Source: Chlorokybus atmophyticus
Lineage: Eukaryota > Plantae > Mesostigma and Chlorokybus algae
Length of the DNA: 64,000 bases
NCBI GenBank assembly: GCA_009103225.1
Contig: RHPI01002119.1
Location: forward strand, 248,001 to 312,000
Direction: 5' to 3'
The position numbers were made by a program, and so were the translations under genes. Of the stretch, positions 49,401 to 60,522 are shown piece after piece (positions within the stretch are counted from its first letter, which is position 1; every line of letters begins with the position of its first letter). The notes beneath the pieces are model-generated. The model was not told the origin of the DNA. It did no database searches and saw nothing but the letters and a program-made list of their open reading frames with translations.

Positions 49401-52400
49401 GCTCGAGTGCGAGCCAACGCTGTGCGCGCTTGGGCCGGCACACGTGGCTGTTGGTGTCAATAACCAGGTGCGGTTGCATGCATGTGCGTGCGTGTACACG
49501 CGCGTGTTTACATGTGTCCGTGCGTGTGACCTATTACCCACACGGCGCACATGCACACATTGCAACCAGGTGTGGTTTTACCGCACGGATCGCGATGTTC
49601 CGAAAGAACACTTGCTGGTGTGCCAGCAGGACTATCCCAACAACATCGAGCAGGTGCGCGCAGCAACTTCTCAATCACTGAACCATCGTTGCATGTGTTG
49701 GTGTAACCTTTACGATACTGTGGTCAGGTGTGTCTCAGCGAGCACTGGGCAGCCGTCTACTTCTCCGGCAGAATCTCCTTACACACAATCGAACCCAACC
49801 AACACAGTGGTAACACACACATGCACATACGTGCACCCACGCACGCACCCACCCACCCACCCACTCACCCACAACCACTCTTCTCAGAGTCGCGTACCTT
49901 CCCCGAGGTGGTTGACACCGACCACCCCGCGGACATCACCTCGCTTGCCATGACGGACCACTTCCTTATCTACGGGACGCGGCGGGGGGTGTTGAGGTAC
50001 TGGTACCACGCTGGCGGTGAAGACGGCGACAACTGCGTGGTGAACGAGTACAGGCATACGGGTGGGGAGGGGAGGGGTGGGGAGGGGAGTGGGATTGTGA
50101 GGGTGTGGCCGAATGCGACGGGGACGAGAGTGGTGTTCACGGACGAGCAGATGAACACGTACCTGTACAACCCTGTCAACGATCAGGTGCATAAGCATCA
50201 CAACGACAATATTTACCAATGGCAGCACACTTGCCAAGTAGCACCTGCAATCATGTGCACGCGAGCGCGTGTACGTGCGAATTTCTCTGCGTGCGTGCGC
50301 ATGTGTGCGTGACCACGTGCGCACGCACACGTGCGTGTGACAGCTCAGTATCGGTTGCTCTAGTCATTGTTTCACCTCGTCACTTACACCACCTCCCTCT
50401 CCCCCTCCCAGCTCGTCCCTCTCCCCTCCCTCCCCCCCTCCCTCCCCTCCACCGTCCTCTGGGACTCTTACGACAGCTCCCACTCCACCACCTTCCTCGT
50501 CTGCTCCTCCACCTCATCCCAAACCTACACATACACGGGCGTATCATCCACCGGTCCCACCCTCACTCCCATCTCAACCCCACACCCTTTACCCGCCCCG
50601 GGAGCGAAAGGAGTGCTGTGTTACAACGGACACGTCACGTGGCAGACCAACACGGGGGGATTGGTGGAGACGGTGATGCCCAGCCACACCGCGCTGCAGG
50701 AGGATGACAACAACAACAACAGTGTGAAGCAGCAGCAGGTGAAGTTCAGTCAGAGTCTGGCGCTGGGGAGGCTGAGAGAGGCGTGGGAGGCAGCGCTGGC
50801 GATCAAGAACCAAGAGGTGGGTGTTGGATGGTTGAGGGCATGCGCAGATGCATGCAAGTCTTTTTGTGTGTATGTCTGCGCGCGTGTGTGTACATACGCA
50901 TACCTACTTGAAATCAAGTATGTAGACGTGAACAAGTGTGCAACTATCTGTGCACGTTCATGTGTGTTGATGTGTGTGCACGTGCTGAACATGCCCTTCT
51001 TGACCTATACCTTCTCCCCCAGACCTGGAACCTCCTTGGCGAGAAAGCCCTCACCTCCCTCGAGATCGACCTCGCCATACGCGTCTACCGAGCCGCCGGC
51101 AAGGTGAGTACCAAACATCACACACCACCCCTTCCCCAACATACCCACTCTCTCCCCCGCCTCCCTCTCGCAGCCCTCCCTGGTCCAGTCCCTCCTCCTC
51201 CTCTCCTCCACCGAAGACAAGCACTCCCTGGCGGGTCACGTCGCTCTCCTCACAACGTCGGACCACGACGGGGCGCAGGAGATGTTCCTACGGAGCGGGA
51301 GGCCGGGGGAGGCGCTGGAGATGAGGAAGGATCTCATGCAGTGGGAGGAGGTGAGAGGGGAGGGGGATTGCGTGNNNNNNNNNNNNNNNNNNNNNNNNNN
51401 NNNNNNNNNNNNNNNNNNNNNNNNNNNNNNNNNNNNNNNNNNNNNNNNNNNNNNNNNNNNNNNNNNNNNNNNNNNNNNNNNNNNNNNNNNNNNNNNNNNN
51501 NNNNNNNNNNNNNNNNNNNNNNNNNNNNNNNNNNNNNNNNNNNNNNNNNNNNNNNNNNNNNNNNNNNNNNNNNNNNNNNNNNNNNNNNNNNNNNNNNNNN
51601 NNNNNNNNNNNNNNNNNNGGGGGGACCTAGTGTGGGGATGCATGTTTATCGTATGCATGTGCGTGTGTGTCTGTGCGCATGCTTGTGTACAAGTGGGCAT
51701 GGGCGTGTACATGCGTGTTTGCCATTGCTAGCGCGCGTGCTTGGTTGAATGCATACGTAAGACGTGTACGCGTGCATGCTTTATTTAGGCGCCCGTATGC
51801 ACTGTGTCATGCTATGCACACGTGAACTCGCATGTGACTACTACTCAAACATCAAGACCACTCTGCCCCCAGGCCGTCGAGCTCGCTCGCGTCCTCGCCC
51901 CCCGCGAGCTCCCCTCCCTCTCCCTCCGCCTCGCAACGTCCCTCGAGGAGGCCATGGCCACCTCCGGCTCTTCTGGCACAGGGACGGGGCCAGCCGGGGG
52001 GGCCACACCCGCCGCAGCCCTCACCGCGTACGAAGCTGCACTCGCGGTCGCTGACCGTAATGATGAACCGACCGTTGCGGCATGCCAGGTGGGGAGTTGA
52101 TGATGGTTGGGTGTGTGGTGAACATGGTTCAACTTGGGAGATGTATCCTACACGCACATACAATCACACACGCACATTCAGTCGCACACGCGCACGCAAA
52201 CCAACACGCACACGCACACGCACACGCGTAAACGCATGCGTGTAAGCAGATGCATACACGCGCACACATGCACACAATCTCTCTCTCACGCACAGGCGGG
52301 TATCGCGCGGTGTGCGTGTGCTGCGGGAGACATCGCTCGGGGTCGGAGAGTGGCTTTGGCCAGCGAGAGCGCTACATTGGCACGCGAATGCGCCGCGATA

Positions 52401-55400
52401 CTGGAGACCATCGGCCAACTCCAAGTAAGCAGCAGTCAAGGCATTGCTGATGTGTGTGAACTTGCGGAGATGCGCGCGTGCGCATGCGTGCAAGTGTCTT
52501 TGTGTCCGACTGGGTGCGTGCGTGCGTGCGTGCGTGCGCGTGCATGCCTGCATGTGTGACACGTCTCATTGTTGTACCCATCCCTCTCAGGACGCCGCGG
52601 AGCTGTACGAGCGCGCCGGTCAATGGGACCGCGCGGCCGCCATCTACATCCAGACCAAGTCCTTCCACCTCGCGGGCCGCCTGATGGAGAAGATCTCGAC
52701 GCCCAAACTCCACGCGCAGTACGCCAAGGCCAAGGAGGCGGAGAGGAAGTACGAGGAGGCGGTGGTGTCGTATGAGAAGGCTAACGTGAGCGTGGTGTGG
52801 GTGTGGGTGTTGGGGTTCAAAGGCTCACTTGCTTGTCATCTCAGGATTTTGATAGCGTTGTGAGGTTGAATCTGGAGTACCTTCGCAACCCGCAGCGTGC
52901 GTACGCGCTCGTGCGCAAAGTAAGCATGTGCGCGTGTGTGTGCATGACTCGTCTACATGTTGTACGAAGAGCCCTGTGACCACAGTAACAATGTGTGCCT
53001 GTGACAGTACAAGTCGCCGTCATCCGCGGCCGCCGCGGCCAAACACACAGCCGCCACGGGGGAGTACGCCCTCGCTGTGGAGTTTCTCCTCCTCTCCGGC
53101 AGGCACGTTTCTGTTGTTGTTGTTGATGTTGTTGCTGTGGTTGTGAGCGTGTTTTGATTGATGATGCGCGTGTCACAGGCATGCGGAGGCGTGGGAGATG
53201 GCGCAGGCGCACGACCAGGTGGACGCCTACGCCGCATGCGTGCTTAATGACAACAACGACAACGCTGCTGTTGGTGATGGCAGCAATGCACCTGAGGAAT
53301 ATGCCAAGCTTGCAAGGTATGAGATGAGGTTCACGCCCAACATTTCACAAGCACACAGAGCTGCAGAGGAGTCGACAAGACAAGTGTCCCGAACTTCATC
53401 ATAATCAATCATGTGTGCAGATACTATGAGACAAAGTCCAACTTTGCACGCGCGGCGGAGACGTACGAGAGGTGCGGAAACCTCCAGGCAGCCGTGCGGT
53501 TGTATCTCCGGTGCGGTGGCGACCACGTTGACAAGGTACCAAACACCATCCGCACACACACATACACACATACACACAATGCGTGTGCGAGGGGTGTCGG
53601 TCAATTGTGGGATTGAATGAGGTCTCAGGGTGCGACTCGGTCCTAGGACTTACTGGGATGTTTTTTGTAGACATGGTAATTTTCAATTCAACAATTGACG
53701 GTCATAGCAATCTGCATGTGCGTGTGCACTTGTGTGTGCTCGCCAATGCTCAGGTCTGAGCATTGGCGACCACGTGCGTGCGTGCGCGCATGCGAGAGCG
53801 CGTGTGCCTGAGTGCCTTCGAATCAAGACTGATGACTAAGTGGCTGCCAGTTCGCGTGTGTAACAAGCAAGAGTCATATCTACTGAGGCAACACAACACT
53901 CACGCTTACCCTTTGTGTAGGCAATCTCATTGGTGGGAAGCGTGGGCGACCCGGCCCTGGTGTCGTTCGTGGTGGATCACCTGACGTCCGCCGCGGGCGA
54001 CGCCGACAGCAACCCCGGCAGCGGGGCAGAGAAGCACCTATTCAAGCTGCACCTTGCACTCAAAGACTATGGGCGCGCAGCCAACGCCGCCCTCCTCATC
54101 GCAAAACACGAACAGGTGAGACACACGCACATACGCACGCACGCATGCACGCACGCATGCCCCCGCACATTCAACCACACGCATACCAAGCGCGCACGCG
54201 CCCACGTACACGCACGCGCTCATGCACACACCCATCCGTACGCCCGCGCACTCACGCGTTGAGCCAACTTTCCAACAACAGCAGCACTCATCACCTCTTC
54301 ATCTTGCTTTTCAGGACCAAGGCAACTACCGGTCCGCGCATGGCGTGCTCAGAGACTGCGTTTCGGCCCTGCGCGGGACGGACGTCAGCGCGATATCCGC
54401 CAACCTGCTCGATGTCCGTCGCGCGCTGGCACTGCTGCACAGCTACGTCATCGTACGAAGCCTCGCCAAGATAGGTACGGAGTAAAAGTGCGTGCGCCTG
54501 CGTGCGTGCGTGCGTGTGCACGTACATGCGCACAAGCGTGAGCATGCGCGTGCACATGCCAACATGGAGTCTGACCCACAACCAGGTGATCACGTATCCG
54601 GCGCACGTATGTTGATCCGCGTCGCCAATTCCGTGTCTCGTTTCCCCTCCCACGTCGTCTCCATCCTCACCTCTACCGTGATCGAGTGCGCCAAGGCGGG
54701 TCTTCGCCGCACCGCCTTCGAGTACGCGTCCGTGCTGATGCGACCAGAGTACCGCGCGCAGATCAAGGCGGAGCACAGGCAGAAGATAGAGAAGATCGTG
54801 AGGAAGGGAGTAGGGGCGGGAGAGGAAGAGGAGAATGAGAAGGAGACGGCGTGCCCGTTCTGCTCGGGACAAGTGACGGAGACGGCACTAGATTGCCCAC
54901 ATTGCGCCAACACACAGCCCGTAAGCACACACACGCACACATACACACGCACGCGCACGCGCAGGCAGGTGTGTGCACACACTTATACTACTCACTCGCT
55001 TGCACGCACATGCGCATGCACTCGCACTCACACTCACATACGTGAACGTGCACGCACTGATAACATCTGAGGTAGAGTGAGAGTCTGAGAATCTAAGAAC
55101 TGAGAGTCTCGCTGTTGATGCGTGGCGCAGTTTTGCATCGCCACAGGTCGCCACATGACCCTCTCCGACTGGTCGCAATGCCCATCTTGCCAGTTTCCCG
55201 CACTCTACTCGGACTTCATTAAGGTGACATTACCGAACAACAACACCATCACCACCTTATTACTGCTCCCACATGGACCAATAGCAAGCCTCAAGCTCTA
55301 CTCATCATCCTGAGAGTGTGTTTTTCTGTTCACCACACAGGTGTTGTCGTCCGAAGGTGCGTGCCCGATGTGCCAACACGCCGTGGCACCCGCGGATGTG

Positions 55401-55454
55401 GAGAAGGTGGCCGAGGGCGACGCGGGGCTGCTACTCAAGGAGTACAGACCATAG
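46487..55454 (+). CDS. IFT144: Intraflagellar transport protein IFT144/WDR19 (IFT-A), many exons; one N gap inside
   Basis: M|KRLFS..FAWSPKGNLLACAG; LDWDGAGERLA; LLAVATAKGNLLLYN; GKHTRRITCGAW; WTPDGQVLTVST; EMRKDLMQWEEA; AYALVRK; MLIRVANSVSRFPSHVVSILTSTVIECAKAGLRRTAFEYASVLMRPEYR; FCIATGRHM..WSQCPSCQFPALYS. Confidence 0.95.
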
Positions 55455-55940
55455 TTGATTGTTTGCAACATCTCATCACCAGTAACAACAATACACACTG
55501 TGACCAACATGTTCATACCATGCAAATGGCTGTGTCCAGCAGGCAAGCACATGTCACATACTAGGAGGGTTTATGTTTGACAACAGCTGTGTTGGTTTTG
55601 CACTAACATGCTGCACTGTCGTTGTCATCCTTGCGCGTGTGTCCGTGTGCACTGTTGGGGATGTGTTCGTGCATGCGCGCGCGTCGGGGGGGCGCACCAT
55701 TAGCAATGTGTATATATCATATAATAAAAAGGTAGTTGAACTTTGAGATTTGAATCATATCGGAAGCATGGTTCACGAACAAAGTCATGTGCACACAGTT
55801 GCACTACATGCGCCATGAAACATACGTCCATATTGATGCAAGGCGTACAGCGCATGTTTTATATACAATGTTAATAGCATTCATGCAAGGACTTGGATGT
55901 TGGAGTATGAGAATGAGTGCAAAATATATAATGGCGTTAT

Positions 55941-56035
55941 AGATGATGATGATGATGATGATGATGACAATGATGATGATGATGATGAGATGAGATGAGA
56001 TGGTGTGATGATGATGAGATGTTTCGATCGTACAG
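55941..56035 (+). repeat. (GAT)n / (GAGAT)n microsatellite
   Basis: Direct reading of the sequence. (CA)n, (CGCA)n and GCATGC-rich tracts also fill many introns of the kinase, EAF and IFT144 genes. Confidence 0.9.
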
Positions 56036-56204
56036 AGATGAAAAGCCTTACGGCCCTGCACCTTATATCATGTTTGTAAAGTCATGTGTAAGTAAGTGTG
56101 GGCAAAGCTCGTTGGGTACGCTTTTACACGTCGGTTACCATTCACACGATTATTTGTACAATCGACATTGTGAGTGTGGCATTCTGCATCGTATAAAGCT
56201 GCTA

Positions 56205-56629
56205 CAGTCTAACCTCGATAAGTGCATATTCGATTAGTGCATATCCGCGTTTAGTGCATAAATTCGGCCATCACCGACGTCTTCAGGGGGAAGACCTGTG
56301 CGTTAAGAGCATATGCATTTATCGATAAGTGCATACATTGAGATGCCTAACCTTTGGTGTGTCTATGCACTTATCAAGGTGAATTACGCTTAAGTTACAA
56401 ACAGATTATCATCACAGTGTAACATAGTTACGGTTATACACGTTACAACGTAACTCAGGATTAGGTTTACTCGATAAGTGCATAGGTTATGCATTAATGC
56501 CAAGCCTAAGTGCATAAAAAATGCACTTAAAGCGGGTGCATAATCTATGCACTTAACGAGGATGCATAAACGCGATAAGTGCATACATTAGCCCGTTCCC
56601 GATGGTATGCACTTATCGAGGTTAGACTG
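56205..56629. mobile_element. pogo/Tc1-mariner-type MITE, 425 bp
   Basis: Perfect 24-bp TIRs CAGTCTAACCTCGATAAGTGCATA, TA on both sides (56203-4 and 56630-1), and about 10 internal copies of TAAGTGCATA in both orientations. Confidence 0.9.
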
Positions 56630-56779
56630 TACATTGATACGGTATCAGTAAAAGCCATGTACGAGCATGCGCAAGGACGCTTACATGCACGCACACGCGC
56701 TTGCGCATATGATATTGTTAGTTTGAGCAAGCCTGGCCCAATTCCTTCGCCTCACGGTTAATGAACCTAACGTAACATA

Positions 56780-57488
56780 TGTAACGGAGGCCGTTTTTTT
56801 TGATTCACGAAGTAAATCCGACCTTGGTCATCTCACACGGACTAGTGCAATTGAATTCAAGACAAGTGTTTACGCTTGGCAATTCCTGCAATTCGCGACT
56901 TTGCAAGTTTGGCCAATGCTTCACTCACCGATTCTAACTTGTTGGTCCACTAATTCACTTAGAGAACTATAACTCGAAATTTTGCGAAGGGCTGACGCCC
57001 TTAAGATTCCCAAGTGCGGGAAGGCGCTTTGCCGCCTGAGAGTGTCGGCGGCAAGGGAGATACTGAACCCTACTCAAGTTCCAATTACCTCCCCAACCTC
57101 GATTAAGTTGAATCCGATTTTGGGGCGTGTACTCGCGTCTCCACGAATCCGCATATGTTTTTAATATGGCTAACTCCTACCGCGGGCATGAGAAGCTAGC
57201 TATGCTAGTGCTAGTATGCGCCGTTGCAAAGCTAGCCAATGCCTTAGAGATTTTCGCGACAATTCGCTTGACGGCGGAACTTAGGATAATAGCGATTTTT
57301 GTCATGCCCATTGTCCTCGTGTGCCAGCTTGCTTCGAGCATGCTTACATTAAGACCCTCGCCCGGACTATCAGCATACCAACCCGCGCGCATCACTGACC
57401 AGTAGCTAGATCATGACCTTGGACTAGCTCATGACCGTAGCCTACATAGGCACCGCGCGTAGCTATTTCAGTTGTGAATTTGGTTACA
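56780..57488. mobile_element. Possible solo LTR (TGTAAC...GTTACA, 709 bp)
   Basis: Perfect 6-bp inverted termini and non-coding content. No matching TSD, PBS or PPT found. Confidence 0.25.
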
Positions 57489-60409
57489 CGTTGTGTTCCA
57501 CATCGAGGGGGAGTTTCTTGTGGGAATAGCCCCGATATGACCGTTAGCTTATGTTTTAAAAAGTCATGATGTGACTTGCATAAGTAGTCGCGGTGTTCAC
57601 CGGATCAGCTGGTGACACTGCGACTGAGAAAGCTAGGAGCTTGTGAAGCGACTTGAACTGCGAACACGCCGTCCTAGTTACCAAGAATCCCTCCACCGTG
57701 TGATAGCCTACGCATGCTCGTGTGCACTGTGCTTGTCGTTGCTGTGAGCTTGGTGCGCTTGGTGGCGGTGTGCTTGTTGGCATCAATCGGGGCATAGCAT
57801 CCACGTGTTGCCTGCTCATTCACCTCACTTAACAATGTAACACATTTTCCACTCATGTAAAGAACGGTGTAAACAGGACTACCTATAGTAGTGGCTTGTT
57901 GTGTCCTACAGCACATCATGTATACTAAGGAGGAGATTTGCTCCACATGTACGCACCACTTCACATTGGCGGATGTGCTCCAGGAAGCACCTGCTGTTAC
58001 AACAGCTGGGTTATCTTTTGCTTTTGCTAACATCACAAAATGTGCTACAGCTTGCTGCAGTAGCATGTCCATCACGCGTGTCTTTCCTTCCAGCGGCACG
58101 AGACAACGTGATCCTTGACTCTCCTCGACCCGACACTTCGCTTATTCCTCCTCGCCCAAAGTCTAAGGGGTATCTTCCTTCGAATAGATTAAGATCTATG
58201 GACAATTTTTGACCTAATTGACTTGTCGTACATTAACCTCCTACCGCGGCTTTCTATCACCGCAAGAGGAATTGGATCCCCTAAAACCTCGGAACATAAG
58301 TAGTGGTTTCGTTTATTCCTATCATTACCCCTGGAGTTCCAATTTAGGCCTTGGCCTATTTCGCTAAATCTTTGCGGACGGAGCACCTACCTCACCGCAC
58401 TGAATTTTCAAGGACATGATTGGCACGCAAAAGGTTGCTCATAAGTGCACAAGCTACAGCATCCACACACGCTAAGAACCAATTACTCACGCTATATATA
58501 TAGTAATCGCATGCAAAAAACAACTATACATGACACCCTATTGTGATCACACAGGTAATGCACTTTAATAATGTTATAATCAGCTGCATGTATATTTTGT
58601 TGTAGTTTTGATCCGTAGATAGGATGACATTTAATAGTTGCGCAAAACTCGTGAAATGCAATGTGCTAGCTTCAAGTTGTATTCATATGTAACTGTTAAG
58701 GCTCATTCGATGTGCTACAAGTTTGTGCCGCGCCGCTGTGTGCTTCCACTTATGTAAAATGCAATTGCACTATAAGCACGCATATAAAAAAGCACCCAAT
58801 CAAACACAATGACTTATCTTAAAGTTGGCGACAAAAAACTGCAATGAATTTGTCACCAACTTGAAGCCTTTAGGTTTTACATGATATCTGCCTTATGTAT
58901 CATGTTGTACATGGTATGTAAGGTACTATGTACAACATGGATATTCAACTTATCATTGGTAGATAGCATGCTATCTACCTTTGTATCATGTATAATAAGA
59001 TATCATAAATAACACAACATTCACAATAAGGAAAAGCGCCATGGCCGTACAATGCCATGAGTACGACATACAAGCATTGATAACATTCAGCTGATACTGT
59101 AGCGGCTACGACAATGACAACACACAAGTTGATTGCTCCCGCATTAATTAGAGCCATTCGTGCGTCTCATTGCGTCATAAGCAACCCGAAGTTCATCAAA
59201 CATTTAAAACCTTGTATTAACTCTGAAAACGGAGCACTCCGAGCTGGCCCACAACAACATGCGCAGAGAAAAAGCGCTGACAGATTCACAAGCGCCTCCA
59301 GCGAGAGATGTTACCAACAATATGGACAACACATGACATTAACTGCTTAAGCAAGCCCGCTCATTGCAATGGTCGGCGACTGAAGCTAACAGGTTTGGCA
59401 CATCCGTCAATTTGGGTTCGCAATTACGGACTATTTTCGGCATTCAATTTTGCACATTTATTATCTGGCTTCATAAGGCTTGTACCGCCAATCCCTCCAA
59501 ATGCAATGCAGCGGCGTCGAGGCGCTTCAATTGTGAGCCATTGCTCATTGCAACACGTATGGCTGCAGGAATTGCTGCCTCTGCTTTTCGCGTATTCGTT
59601 AGCATGATATTTGTGACTTAGACCATACTGAAACGGCGCATGTCAAGTGCAGGCGGGCTATTCGAGAAGCGTTGAATCGTCACCTCAGTTAGCCTGCATT
59701 CTACTGCAACAGCTAACCATCATAAACAGGCATGTGCATAGCTGCGCAAGCATTTCGTTATCATGAGATGCATTTGCATTGACACCATGCTGCTGCTGCA
59801 ATCATATTTTGGCAAAAGCTACGGTTTTTAAAACGCTGCCTCTATATGACATTTATTTTTATTTGAGCGATTTGCCAGTCCGAGGCACCATAAGGCCTAG
59901 GGGGATTATATGCATTGCAATTAGTTCTTGCAACTTCAACTCAAGATCTCATAAGCTAGAAGGCAGATGTTAAAACAGTGTTGTCTGTCAATACGCAATT
60001 ACAATGTGAGCTGCTACAAGTAAACAATTGATCCCCTTTTTATGCAACACTTGAACTTTTCAAATTGTTATAATTGGCACAAGACAAACCACATTACATC
60101 ATAGTTTATATGCAATTACATGAATGCGTTACCATACATTTATGCATGATAAAGTTAATGATATTTACATTGATAACCAAATTACCTTAAAGCCAAGTTA
60201 AAACATGCGTTAATGTACAATTGTGTCTTGTGCCACAAAATGATTGCCCTCCTGTAAACTTGGTGCTTAAGGCATGGTTGCCAATGAACGTGATGAATGT
60301 GATGATAATCAATATTATCAGCTTGCATTGCGGATGATGCACCCAGGCACAAAGCAGGCTTATGCACCTTTGCACGGAAGCAAAGTGAGTCCCCTTCCTT
60401 CCGTGCGAA

Positions 60410-60418
60410 TTAGGGTTT
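60410..60418 (-). promoter_or_regulatory. Telo-box (AAACCCTAA) about 105 bp upstream of the MPP-alpha ATG
   Basis: Exact motif. Other AAACCCTA copies at 5170, 9688 and 46033 also lie near start codons. Confidence 0.45.
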
Positions 60419-60522
60419 GGTGCAGCTGCTTGCTGCAGGTCGTCTCTGCGGAGGTTGGCGGCGGTGGTGGGCGGCGGGGATCCGGTGCCAGCGCCGCCAG
60501 GTGACGAGGAAGGGTCGCCACC

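Noticed and set aside
44-55553. Many ORF-track entries rich in C/V/H/T/R/A, antisense ORFs over GC-rich exons, and ORFs running through X
   Set aside because: They are translations of (CA)n/(CGCA)n intron microsatellites, shadow frames of real exons, or N gaps.
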